A stretch of 52,020 bases of DNA, the filler included, from Catajapyx aquilonaris (Eukaryota): NCBI GenBank assembly GCA_000934665.2. It is 2 parts of 2 records of this genome, joined end to end, with 100 filler letters (N's around TTAATTAATTAA, not from the genome) between each part and the next. Parts side by side here need not be neighbours in the genome. Positions count along the whole stretch, not along the records: positions 26,066 to 52,020 come from JYFJ02005281.1; 1 more part is not named here. One strand, written 5' to 3'. Of this stretch, positions 37,101-48,510 are shown in pieces (positions within the stretch are counted from its first letter, which is position 1; each line of letters opens with the position of its first letter). The notes below the pieces were generated by a model. That model was not told the DNA's origin. It saw only the letters and a program-made list of their open reading frames with translations, and searched no databases. The translations under genes were made by a program, and so were the position numbers.

Positions 37101-40100
37101 GAGAGGAATTGCTACCACGAATTCCACAAATGAATTTAAAAAACATTGTTTTGAGGATAGAGCACTATGTTAGTGATCCATTAAGTGGTATTTACATTTT
37201 CAGCTTTCATCCGTTCTGCTTTTGTAGCAGCAATTGGGTCCTAATGTTCTCATTGGTTGTTTGTCACTATTTTTGTCGATATTTTAAAACTAACATTTTT
37301 TTCTCGTTTCTTATTGGGAAAATGTTCAGAAAATGCAATAGGAACTGACATTGCGTTAAAAATTCTTCTCAGGTCTCAGGAGGATATTCACGTTGTGCTT
37401 ATAGATTAGCATAAAACTGAAAAACCACCATATGAAACCTAAAAAATTTGACACTGCTTTCAATCTAGTAATGGGCACAAAAAATTTGCATATTTCAGGT
37501 CAACAAAAAGGCATGCAAGGAGATCCCTTTTCTACTCATACCATTGTGTTCCACTTTCACCAACATGCATGGGAACAGTGGTATGAAATGTAACCTCCCC
37601 CCTCCCATCTGCCAATAGAGGTCATGGCCTACAGAAACACTATAAAGCAACATCCATGCAGATGTGACTTTAAAATTGCCACGGTTTTCTAGCTGTGACA
37701 CTAACAATCTGAATCAAAATAATAGTCTCCTTTGGAGTTCATTTCAGTTTTTGGAGCATTAATAAGAAATGTTTGCTTTTGAGATTAGATGCCTAAAATT
37801 CAACTTATTTATGTTATAACTCAAAAACTGTATGAGGGTCATTCCACATAAATTCAATACAAAATTAGCCCTTAGTATCTTGGATTTTTTTGATCTTTGT
37901 GAAGTGGAAGTATTGCATCCTAAACAAACTTGCCTATGGAAATTATTGGACTGCATGCTGCTATACCCAAGAAAAATTAAGGCATTCAGCTTTTGAAAAG
38001 GTACTTGCTAGAATTGGAGGACACAAGCCTTCACATCGTGCAGAGGGAGACCTCAACTTTACTGAAGTATGGCATTCGCAAGTAATAGGCATAACATGTC
38101 AATAAATGAAACCTGTAATAGTATAATACACCAATAACATTTTCATACGTCAATATGGAAACACCACTCACTTGTAGATCATCACAATGAATCATTTCCA
38201 ACCCATCCACATCTGGATGGCCTGGTACAGGCAATAATTAATAATTAATTTAATTAATATAGACAATACGGTACTGTGTTTTGAGATAATTTTTTCTCAA
38301 ATTTTCAATTTTGTCATAAATATCGAAATTTCCTAAAGAATTTTTCCCTTGGTATACTACTCTTCCACGCACTTTTATGATTGGTGTAACCTCTCTAACT
38401 CTCTATGGCCAATACTAACAGAGAAATGGTCGCTTTTAAGATGCCTTGCAGTATCAACTTTTCTTCCACTTTACCAAGTTTAAATGAAATCTGAGATACA
38501 AAGGGCTAGTCTTGTATTGAACTCAAGTATAATGATCCACAACAAAGCAACAAAAACCACCAATTTACTCACGACTGAGAAGAAGAGGACCACCCCAACA
38601 CGGAAGATGTAGGCGATGCAAAGAGCAGGTCTCCAGTTGCTTCATTCAGGATGACTACCGAGTCAGTAGATATCGCCATAATAGAATCGATTATAAGCCC
38701 ACTCTGGCCACAGTCCTCCACCACAACAGCCCAGCAGACTGCCCCACGAACACGCTTGTCTAGCACCAGTGCCCTGCTCTTGTTCTTTGTCTCCTTGCTC
38801 TTCTTGTTGCTAAATGACAGCATTGCTGAAGGAAGGAAGAACAAAAATTAGAATATGACGTAAATTCAATCACTTCACTGGCTCAATTGAGTTGAATTGT
38901 ATTTCAAAAGGAAATATAAGTAAAACAAAATGAGCAAGTTCACATGACCCTTAAAGGGACACTCCACTCAAAAAACAAGTTGGGTTCTAAAAATAGGGCA
39001 AAAAAATCCTGATTCCGAGGGTATAAGCAGTTTTTCTGAGAGATGAACTGTATGGCCAGGGCTAGCCGTCAAAGTCTCAGAATTTGCTTCGTCTGCTAAT
39101 GAGCTGCCCAGCCAGTCTAGCCAGCCCCACTAGCCCGCGCCGCCACTGGGTACTAGGCGAAACTGGTTCAGAACTGAAAGTCGGGTCTGGTTCAGGAGGT
39201 GGCCGGATGAAGACTGTGGCACGGACCAAAGATTGCGTCGCCCGTGGCGTCGACCGGCGTAGACCAAAGGTGGCTGAGGATTATGCCAATTTCTGCCCAG
39301 ACCCGGGAGAGGCGCTGCTCTTTTGCGCCAGATTCGAATTGCCAAACTTTGACGGCTCGCCCTGCCCTTACCGTTCGTCTCTGAGGAAAACTGCTTATAC
39401 CCTCGGAATCAGGATTTTATGCCCGATGTTAGAGCCCAACTTGTATTTTGAGTGGAGTGTCCCTTTAAAGCCACACTGCGGTTAGTCCATACAGCCTAAA
39501 ATGTTTTCAAATTTTCTGCTAAGAGCTACAGGGAACAAGAAGAAAATGTTCAACCTATGCTCCAGTCCTCACATTGCTACTTTAATTCCATTTCCATGCC
39601 AATTTTTTATCTTCCCTGGCAATGATCTATATTCTACAGGGTGATTCTCCCGAAACCTAACCCAAACATTCCTCAATAACTTTTTAATTATTGTATAGTT
39701 ATGGGGAGGCGAAGTGGCGCTGCGGTAACGTATGCGCCAGCGGATGTTAAGGTCCCGGGTTCGATCCCAACCCGGGGTTCCCCCCTTCTTCTCGCGCAGA
39801 GTAAGACCGTCTCTGGCTTCGTTTCGGGTGGCGATCCTTCCACATATGCCACCCGGGGGAGTTCACAAAACGGCACATCAACGTCTGTGCACACGCACTT
39901 TGCACATCCCCTCCCAGTTTCCCTGCCCGTGGGTCCGGGCGTATTCAAAAATAGACAACAGCCCTTTCCCTCCAATGGTGGTAATCCACCCCCCTATAGA
40001 CGAAACAGGTCATCACGGGGTACTTCAAAAAAACAAAAAACAAATTATTGTATAGTTCTCAATGAAAATTGACATGCACTTACCTTGTAGGATGCCAAAC

Positions 40101-43100
40101 AAGGTCTGCCTAAAGCATATGCTGGAAATTGTCATTCCAGCTTCCAAGGATTTTTGAATGTGAGTCTGCATACTCGTGTATACAGGGCAGTGCAGAGCGG
40201 AGCGGGGCAGCGGGGGTACACCTGCCCGGTCTCGGAGAGCTGAAGCCGATGGAGGGGGCCCCACCAGCCCTGATTTTTTCTTGTGGGGTTTAACTCGAGG
40301 GCCGCACATCATATACCGGATTAAGCCCATAACAATTATTGAAGCTCTCTAGCCCTGATACAGCGGGAGTTTGCTCCATTATGATGTCACATTAGTACAT
40401 ATACGCCAATATGCAGATTTGCATTCAAAAAATTTTGTATGCTGGAAGGGACCATTTTCAGCATATTCTCTAGGGTCTAGGCAGACCTTGTTTGCATCAT
40501 ACAAGGTAAGTACCTGGTGTCCAACAAGAATTGTCGCAAGCGGCAGCGCACGAACTACAGTCTCTCGTATACCTGTGCTCGTAGATTGTAGTTCGTGCGC
40601 TGCCGCTGCGACAATTCTTGTTGGACTGATAGTACATGTCAATTTTCATTGAGAACCATACAATAATTAAGAAGTTATAGGAATGTTTGGGTTCGGTTTC
40701 AGGAGAATCACCCTGTATAACTATAACGAAACCAGCTATTCTTCGTAGAATTTCTTCATGCACAGCAGAATAGTAGCTATGACCTTCTCACTGTTCATGT
40801 ATATATCACCTAATAGCTACAACATGGAGTAACTCATTAGGAGTGGACTGATTTCTAGAGTTTTCCTATTTTAAAAACAAATCTCAACGAGAGGCAAAAT
40901 CGCCCCCAAGATTTTCATATTTAGTCCACTACAGTTATGGGACCATACAATGTGGGTACCATATGAGACAACATCCACGAAAAACTTACGAAATTTGGGG
41001 CTGGTCTCAATGGTAGTTGCAGTAACATAGTTGGTTGCCAGATCCTTCAAATACTCCTGCTTGGTGCGGGTAGCCATAGTGGCAAATTTGTCTGATCGGT
41101 GGGCAGCATTTTCAGCATTAATGACTTTGGCAATAAGGAAATCAGCAAAAGACTTGGTCTTGGAGAAGGTAGCCCCCTCTGGGATAGGAGGGCCAAAAAG
41201 GGGCACTTCCTTGGAGCGGGACACTGCCACTGAGTACTGTGTTGCCTCTGTGCATGGATTGAGGGCACGTACAACCACAAACACATGCTGAAACTGGGAT
41301 CGCATATTGCGTGGAGTGAAGGGAAGTGCCCCGGGCTCTTGGAACACTATCGTCACTATATCATTTCCTATGTGCCTCTTGCGAAGTAGCTGCAAAGAAA
41401 AAAATAAGACAGAAATTAGCAAACTAATTTACCTTCTTAAGATAATAGGGAGAATTGTTTGAAAGGCAGTTTAATGAAAGCCATCATTATGGAGAAAAAC
41501 AATAATTCAATTAAAGGCCCTGATGTCCTATCCCAGGTATTATACTTGGCACCTTTCCCTGGCAATGAATTTCCAATAGTATCAAAAGAAGGAATGTCCC
41601 CGTTCATTTCAGCCCTAAGTATTCCAAAATTATCCTGACTAAATGTGGACTAAGACTGACAATATGGTTACAAATCTCAATTGTCTTCTGGATATAAATG
41701 AGTTAACACTGGTTACAAATAACAGGAAATACATCTGTGTACACAAAACGAGATTAATGTCATGCTAGATGTCATATACAAATCTTTTTATATACCTGCT
41801 GAGAATTATTAGGTGTGAAGGGCAACATGGTTGAGACATGGAACATGATCTGGCAATGGTGCAAGGTGGCAAATACAGAATGAGTCCCCGTAGAGTCACT
41901 CTTGTTGTCCAGGCCAGCCTTGTAGCGGTCAAATCCCTTAAGCCTGACCTTCTGGCCCAACATCTGGAGGAATTCATTGAAGGCAGGACTCCCATCTTCA
42001 TTGTTGTACATCTCCTCCTCAGTGGACTGCCCTGCCTTGCAGTATAACACCCCAACCTTGTACTGGGCACTCACACCTTGTTCATCTAACTTCATCAGTT
42101 GTTCTTCCGTCTGCTGGGACATTACGCCCAGCCTCAGGCATGACAGCTGTACCTCTGGAGCCAGGAACTCAATCACCTCTTTGTCATGGAGGGACTTCTG
42201 GGATGAGGAGGAACCAGGGCATTTGATTGAAGGTACACTTTCCTCCAGGATGCACCCACGCAATGTTGCCAGCTCACTTGTCCTAAAGAAAGGTGCAGAC
42301 ATTAATTCCAGTCCTAATGCAATTCCTTTCTGTACATTATCTCATGACATCAAGGATTAGATCCATTACGCTTTCATGCAAATGATTGTAGCAATAAACT
42401 GAACCATGGAAATTGAAAAGAGGCGACTTTCATGGAACCTTGTCTGGAATGAAATGAAATACCACACTTCTTATATGGATTATTATTGCTTCAATCAGAG
42501 AATGGCACTGATTTCACAAGCCTTTAATTGCTTGTTTCATTGTTGACATTGTTGCCCATAGTGACGTCAGCGTCATTCCATGGTTGAAAGAATAATACTA
42601 TATGAACACGGACCAAATATTTAATATGCAAATGCCCTTCTTCAGATGCTAAAACTAGCAACATTTTGATTCCACCCATATGGGGAAGGAAAAAGGACAA
42701 AATAATGTATGAAATTACTCCCCTCTCCCACACCTAATTGATTTGCTTGTGAAAAGGGCATCATTTTCACATCATATGTTGCACGTGTCCCTTCTACACA
42801 AACAAGGTCGCTTTCAGCTAGCATTGCTGGAGGGTAAAAACTTGTTTGCAATTTGGTCCCAAGATTCATGTACATCATGATCTATTGAATCGGTTTTGTT
42901 TCAACACCGTTACTACATCTGCAAGGTTGGTGAATGTACCCCTAGTAGTGCTGGTTCTGGTGATAGCTCCAGATAAGAGTCATCATATTTTTTTGCCCTA
43001 TTTCCCATCCACAATAATTCAGAATCAGATTATATCAATACCTGATAACTGTCCGGTACTGGAACTGGGGTGGTGGTTCCTTGTCCTTAGGGTCTCTCTC

Positions 43101-46100
43101 TTCTTCTGGTACTCTCTCTCGCTTGATGCTGATTGCCACAGGTCCCAGGTTCTCATCAATTCCAAACCAATTGTGGTGGTCTTGACCCGCAAAGTGGAGT
43201 CGGTAATACAAGGATCCTTTATCAAATCCATCCAAGGCATTGGGAGGACGGTGGAATGGGCAGGGATTCTTCCAGTGAGATTCACCAGGTGCAAACTCCA
43301 GCACAGCTACACCACTGCCTGATGATGGGCGGTGCTGAGGTATTGAAGATGAACTGTGGTATTGGGCGCGTCGTGCGGTTGCACGTGTTAGGCTAATGAG
43401 CCGTTCCTCTTCACCCCCAATCTCATTGCGAAAATAAGTGCAGCTCAAAACAAGGCCATTTGAGCGACCATCACCTGAATCTGCTACCACACCGTCAGTT
43501 GCTGTCAGCAGGTCTTCAGCAGATGATGCTGGTGATGGTGATGGAGCTGGTGAGTGACGATTTCGATGTGCCAGTGCTGCCGCAGATGCACCAGTGGCTG
43601 TGTTCCGCCTCTTTGATAGCAGTTGCCTGAGACGTCCAGCATATGATAGATTGACTGTAAGACTCTGACAGTCATGGTGCGCAAATGCCTTTCGCCTTGG
43701 AACAGTGCTCGGTGGGTGAGATGTCGTCATCACTGAAGATGCCTGCCCATCAACGCAATCCTCCTCAGCTTTGCGAAACTTTCGAAACAGCGATGTAGGC
43801 TCGAGGTGTTGCTCCTTATTGTCTCGCAAAAAGCGGTGCAGCTTAAGCCTCAGCTTGGGGCTAGGTGGACTATCAAGTGACTCAGCACCACCATTGGCTA
43901 GCATATTTGATGCATTTTCTGTAGTTGGAAGTGCTTCCACTCTTCCCCTGAGATAGTCTGCTATGCGGGGTGGCCCTGGACTGCGCTGCTCACGATCAGC
44001 AGGGCGAAACTCTCGCAGCATCTCAAAGAAGCTGTCACCACCTCCATGCCCCAACAGACTTGGATTTGATGCATCCAGAGATCCCTGGCTACCAAACTCT
44101 CTGCGTCGCAGCCCAAAGTCATCTTCTTCATCCAAGTGTGGCCCATCCCCACCACCTGTCCAAGATGACAAAATAAAAATGAAAATCTGAGAACAAGGTC
44201 TCATGGGGCATCCACATCATGTGGGACACCAGATCTAGCACAGTAAGTATGGTAAACATGCAGTTCCAGAATCTATGATGCTGTACGAATGAATGCAGAT
44301 AACCTCTTCATTTCCTTACTAAATTTTCAAGAATTCAGGCATCCATGAGGACCTAGGCTGAATATCCTCCCACTCTCCCAGTTGGCCATCTTCACATGGA
44401 GTATGGTCATTACATGAAGATAGCACAGAGAGATGTTCTGTTTTCACCTAAGTGAGTCAATTACCATGTTGACGCACACCCTTGACTGAGACATTCACAG
44501 CTAACCTTATCACTTGAGCCAACAATTTTAATGACCTGGGGGCACTGGCTGAGTAAACTCAAAGACTAAGAGACTAAGAAACGAAGTAATGTATAAATCT
44601 ATTCAAGCACTCTAAGTGTATTATTGTTGTGGCCACAGGCTAGAAAAATATTTCACGCTGTTGAAAACAACTACTAAATATCACCAGAAACCTGAACTTA
44701 TGGATGGAATTATTATTGACAAAGAGAAATCCAAAACTGCATAAGGGTGAGTCAAATGAAAGTGAGCCAAGTCAGAAAGTCAGAAAGTAATACCTTTATG
44801 TCAAAAAAATCACCAGAATTGAGGCACTTGTCCCCCTGACGAACGACCCTAGTTATTCCAGGCTCAAAGAAGTCTCTTGGTTGCTGAATCAGAATTAGTG
44901 TAACTGCCTCCTGGACTTTGGTCTGGAGCCGTCTTTTGACCTTACTGATTGAATATACTGAACAGGGGGAGACTGTCAATGCTGCCCAGTAATGTGCCAC
45001 CTTGAAGTGCTTGTATCGGGCAATCAAGAACAAGCACCATAGCTTATTGTCAAGGGGTGTCATCTTGTAGCATATAGCTAATGTGACTGTGAAAACTCGG
45101 AGGAAGTTCAAATGGTTAAGTCTTGCACACCCTCCCTATAGCCTGGACCACTTGCCTTGTGACTTTCACATTTTTGGCAGACTAAAAAAGCAGCTCAAGA
45201 TTTGTGTTGGAGGCTGACATCCAGGAGGCAGTTACACTAACTCTGACGCAGCAACCAAGACACTTCTATAAGCGTGGAATCACCTGGCTCCTTTATCAGT
45301 GGAGAAAGTGACTCAATGTTGGTGATGACTTTTTTGACATGACGGTAATACTTTCTGATATGGTCACCTTGGTTCACTCTCATTTGACTTGCCCTTATAC
45401 AATGGAAATGAAGCAGCCCTTCTTTCTGTCCCTAAAGGCCGGAGTATTCCTATTGCGAGATATCCAATTATTATTAGTCTTTCTCCTTCAAAAGGTGAGG
45501 GGCCCAGCCAAGGGGTGCCAGAATGGCTGAGTGGAAGGGACAGTGTCCCCCTATTTGCAAAAGCAATGGGAACATGTTGCCATCAGAATAAAAAAAAATT
45601 ATAAGTGGATACCCCATGATAGCACACTGGGGCCTTTTGGGGGCTCTTCTATTGACCCAAATTTAATCACTGACTGCACTGTGATGGTTGTGATCGGTTT
45701 TGATTGTGGGAATACACAGAACACTGAGAAAACCCCCAAAAAATGGGTGCACGGAGAGAACCTATCAAACATTATTCCTCATGAGAGATGCCTTAGTCTG
45801 ATCCAGGGATCGAACGTGGAACCTCAGAGATGGAAGGCTCTGGTGCTAACACTATACCACCTGTTCCCCCCAAAATTTTAAAAGGCTATTAATTGGGTTC
45901 ATCACATGATCTTTTCACAAGCTATATGAACCTTTCACATTACACCCTTGTAATTTTCAGCAAATGAATGTAATCCCAGAAATATTCTAAAATACTTGCA
46001 GTGCGTATGGCATGTACTTCGCCATCGCTGTCATCATCATCATCATATACTATGTTCCAACTGAATTGTCCCTAATCAGTGTGATTTGTTTTCACACTGA

Positions 46101-48510
46101 ACTTTCTGAAAGGCTACAATACGTTAATGGTCATATTCTGCAGACCACAAAGTCTCCTTACATGCCACACCATTTCACTCAGCATATCACCTCACTTAAA
46201 TCAGATGACTTGAAACAAAGCTGCACGTCAGTTGCACAATTTCCCTATGGGAAAATCTCACCTAACTTGCATGAGAGAAGAGGCATCAACTTATGTAGGC
46301 AGTACATTACCTAAAACACCGAGTCGAAGGAGCCGACCCTTGATTACCCTTTTAAATGGTCCCATGGCAAATACGTAGTCAACAGAATACTACTTGCATG
46401 AGATTGCACAATATGTCTGAGGCCAAGTTTTCCACTGCACTGGCATCCTAAGTGCACTGGAGTATGCACATATCTTGATTGTTTGAATCCTTCTAATTGG
46501 CCCACAGAAGACCAAATTTAGTAAAATTGGCATGGCTTGTAGCTCCCCCTATCATCAGATCTTATTGCCTGATGGGGCATTTTGCGGGAGGTGGTCACTT
46601 GAGAGAGCCTTTCCGAATCTCTATACATATGTGGCGACCCTACCGGACAGCGCTGAACTTATGCAGAAGGGAAGGGTCGGTCAAAATTAAGAATCTCATA
46701 TGATCATACGAGTATGATAGTCTTAATTTTGTCCGACGCTTCCCTACTTCCTATGTTCAGCGCTGTCCGATAGGGTCACCACGTATGTATAGATATTCGG
46801 AAAGGCTCTCTCAAGTGACCACCTCCCGCAAAACGCCCTGTCAGGCGATAAGAGGTAGTGACCAGACCTTAGTTTCTAAGGCCATGGCTTGTAGTAAGCA
46901 CAGTTGTGAAATAAGGGTTTTAAAAAAGAAAGCAAGATGTAAGGAAGGCAGATCTCTCTACTTCTTGATGATGCCTATAGAGAGAACTGTGCACCGTGTT
47001 GGATGTTAATCTCGTCGTACTGCTGGCGACATTTTCCGAAGCGCAAGAACAAATCGAATCAATGGAGTGAAAGCCGTGCAAGCAAGATTCGTTCTTCAGC
47101 CACTTCGGAAAATGTCTCTAGCAGAATGACGCTATGTCCAACACTGTACAGCTCATCATAACACTCGACAGGCGATATACAGTGTGGTGTTCCAACTGAA
47201 ATGGCTGTTGTGGTTAGTGATTTTTTGTCACTAAGCTGCTCATGCAGTTACTTTAGATGCTATAAAAGTATAACCTGCTAATATTAGGTCCCATGGATTA
47301 ATCTATCCAAGCATGGAATTGCCATGACGTACTGATTGGGAATGACCCACTAGAACCCTATTGATCATCAAGAAAATATGGTCCATGCAACTTAACATTA
47401 GCAGCCAGTACTTGTGATAACAACTAAAACTATATAAAAAGAAGTAACTGCTCAAAAATAAGCAGCTTAGTGCCAAACACTTTAACCACTGCAGGTATTT
47501 CAGTTGGATATTCTGTACACAAGGTCGAGGGAACTGCCCCATTCTATAACTACTGCTATATTCGACCCACTGGGGGTCGAATGTAGCAGGTGCTATAGAA
47601 TGGAGCACATGGTTAGGGGCACAACAAGCTACCAAATAAAAACTGCTATGGGCGATATCAGTCATCAAAAAGTGACCCACGAACCTGGAATGCCCTGTCT
47701 AGGGATGTGCAATTAGTTTTGGCCGCCGTTGTGTAGTTAATGCGTACAGCACCTTTATAGTTTTGTGACGTCACATCCATTCTGCCAGCTTCAAAGAAGC
47801 AAAAGCTAGCTTGAGGGCCTCCGAATAATCCGGCCTTGGTCCCCTAACGTATCGTCCATGTGCAATAGGTGATCAAATCCTGTCAGAGTAAGAATCTGGG
47901 TGCGAAAACCATGCACTTTGTAGTTTTTACCTCATATTCTACCATCCGGCCCTCTACACTTTAAAGGCGCCATACGAATTAACTACGAAACAGTGCCCAA
48001 AACTAATTGCACATCCCTATATTAGTTTTGCGAGTACTATCAGTCTACCTGGCGATTGTCCGCAAGTTTCCCTTCACCCTGTATATTGGTATTTTCGAAT
48101 CATAACACTATGCAGAAGACTTAATTCAATTACGGAGTTAAAAACACCCTTGCTAGCCAATTGGAACAAATACCCAGAATTATACCGCCATTGTGCTGCC
48201 ATCCTGTATGTCAAGGAAGGTCAATTTGTTTTTCCACCTTCTGAAGGTCTTTTTGGTGCAGACTGAAGTATGCATAATGAATTGGGTGTTGTCTGCCTGC
48301 TCTAAATTGCCAACAAGGTCTTCACCTAGTCTTTACATTACCTTCAAGGTCCAGGCTGCTGTTACTGCGATACAGCGGCGGGGCTCTAACAGCGGGTGCT
48401 CCTCGCGTGCCCCTAGCAACGCCACCGCCCGTCACTCCAATAGCAGCGTTGTAATCCTGCAACGCCTGGAAAGCCTGTCGCCGGGTCTTCTCCAGGGTGA
48501 CACCACTCAT
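27918..48510 (-). CDS. SIPA1L: Signal-induced proliferation-associated 1-like protein (SIPA1L1/2/3 family RapGAP + PDZ + coiled coil); 10 coding exons, ~1432 aa
   Basis: RapGAP motifs [32 protein letters not shown] and [20 protein letters not shown] (QLGFHV...GSRLVE/ICKVAV); C-terminal coiled coil. All 9 introns are GT-AG with matching phases; spliced length 4299 nt is divisible by 3. Confidence 0.95.
29081..30035 (-). CDS. SIPA1L: SIPA1L coding exon 9 (Ser/Pro-rich; [27 protein letters not shown])
   Basis: 340-aa ORF; TTTCAG|GTG and A|GTGAGT; phases 0 to 1. Confidence 0.9.
30228..30318 (-). CDS. SIPA1L: SIPA1L coding exon 8 (91 nt; [30 protein letters not shown]), frame not in the ORF track
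   Basis: TGCAG|G and GAG|GTGTGT; bridges phase 2 to phase 0 exactly. Confidence 0.85.
30569..30637. repeat. Perfect 69-bp palindrome (34-bp arms, 1-nt centre) in SIPA1L intron 7
   Basis: ACTATGGTACTGACAAACATTTATCTTACGCATA-A-TATGCGTAAGATAAATGTTTGTCAGTACCATAGT. Confidence 0.95.
31079..31213. mobile_element. 135-bp TA-flanked hairpin MITE (CAGTG ends) in SIPA1L intron 7
   Basis: CAGTGGTGGAAATTAAT...GGAGCTTTTCCTTTACATAAAGC-T-GCTTTATGTAAAGGAAAAGCTCC...ATTAATTTCCATCACTG. Confidence 0.85.
31979..32328 (-). CDS. SIPA1L: SIPA1L coding exon 7 (end of PDZ domain)
   Basis: [31 protein letters not shown]...PRRGC...DYENV; ACCAG|ATA and CG|GTATGC; phases 0 to 2. Confidence 0.88.
33035..33714. mobile_element. 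pogo/Tigger-like MITE nested in the piggyBac-like element
   Basis: TA-TAGTGAAACCTGT ... ACAGGTTTCATTG-TA with CCGCTATA subterminal repeats. Confidence 0.6.
34005..34362. repeat. Foldback segment inside the piggyBac-like element
   Basis: CCAACTGTTAGGCTGATTTAATTAT / ATAATTAAATCAGCCTAACAGTTGG. Confidence 0.7.
34995..35253. mobile_element. MITE with ~35-bp TIR
   Basis: GGGTTAGTGCCATAACGTGCTAAGCCACA / TGTGGCTTAGCACGTTATGGCACTAACCC. Confidence 0.8.
35904..36162 (-). CDS. SIPA1L: SIPA1L coding exon 6 (start of PDZ domain)
   Basis: [11 protein letters not shown]...[23 protein letters not shown]...GSRLVE; TCCAG|T and GAG|GTATGT; phases 2 to 0. Confidence 0.92.
36491..37387. mobile_element. ~900-bp TIR element, superfamily uncertain
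   Basis: Perfect 18-bp IR ATATCCTCCTGAGACCTG / CAGGTCTCAGGAGGATAT. Confidence 0.6.
38573..38825 (-). CDS. SIPA1L: SIPA1L coding exon 5
   Basis: MLSFSNKK...[11 protein letters not shown]...SVLGWS; CCTTCAG|CA and TC|GTGAGT; phases 1 to 2. Confidence 0.9.
38955..39464. mobile_element. Kolobok/T2-like MITE (TTAA TSD, AGGGACA ends)
   Basis: TTAA-AGGGACACTCCACTCAAAA ... TTTTGAGTGGAGTGTCCCT-TTAA; ~120-bp arms. Confidence 0.8.
39637..40715. mobile_element. Tc1/mariner-type MITE (CAGGGTG ends, TA TSD) with nested inserts
   Basis: CAGGGTGATTCTCCCGAAACCTAACCCAAACATTCC / GGAATGTTTGGGTTCGGTTTCAGGAGAATCACCCTG; internal hairpin 40521-40624. Confidence 0.8.
39701..40042 (+). mobile_element. tRNA-derived SINE (family B) with A-rich tail
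   Basis: B box GGTTCGATCCC; tail CAAAAAAACAAAAAAC; perfect 15-bp TSD AATTATTGTATAGTT at 39686-39700 and 40043-40057. Confidence 0.85.
40990..41389 (-). CDS. SIPA1L: SIPA1L coding exon 4 (RapGAP catalytic helix, asparagine-thumb motif KRHIGND)
   Basis: [26 protein letters not shown]...[24 protein letters not shown] and C|GTAAGT; phases 0 to 1. Confidence 0.96.
41796..42282 (-). CDS. SIPA1L: SIPA1L coding exon 3 (RapGAP domain, N-terminal part)
   Basis: [10 protein letters not shown]...[22 protein letters not shown]...[24 protein letters not shown] and CAG|GTATAT; phases 2 to 0. Confidence 0.96.
43042..44155 (-). CDS. SIPA1L: SIPA1L coding exon 2 (N-terminal region: [55 protein letters not shown])
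   Basis: Long ORF 43035-44204; acceptor GGACAG|GT, donor AG|GTATTG; phases 1 to 2. Confidence 0.93.
44742..45397 (+). mobile_element. Internally deleted mariner element with transposase remnant
   Basis: TIRs TAAGGGTGAGTCAAATGAAAGTGAGCCAAG / CTTGGTTCACTCTCATTTGACTTGCCCTTA; ~45120-45200 reads (with frameshift) [24 protein letters not shown], resembling the mariner HPPYSPDL motif. Confidence 0.8.
45600..45870 (-). mobile_element. Degenerate tRNA-derived SINE, boundaries approximate
   Basis: Minus-strand head GGGGAACAGGTGGTATAGTG...CGTTCGATCCCTGG. Confidence 0.45.
46560..46869. mobile_element. Foldback MITE, same family as 2641-2952
   Basis: TCTTATTGCCTGATGGGGCATTTTGCGGGAGGTGGTCACTTGAGAGAGCC / GGCTCTCTCAAGTGACCACCTCCCGCAAAACGCCCTGTCAGGCGATAAGA. 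Confidence 0.8.
47700..48019. mobile_element. hAT-like MITE (TAGGGATG ends)
   Basis: TAGGGATGTGCAATTAGTTTTGG / CCAAAACTAATTGCACATCCCTA; no clear TSD. Confidence 0.7.
48342..48510 (-). CDS. SIPA1L: SIPA1L coding exon 1 (MSGVTLEK...[11 protein letters not shown])
   Basis: ATG at 48510 with in-frame TAA upstream at 48591-48589; donor G|GTAATG (phase 1); likely acceptor TTGTTGCAG| with the exon starting at 48610. Confidence 0.75.
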
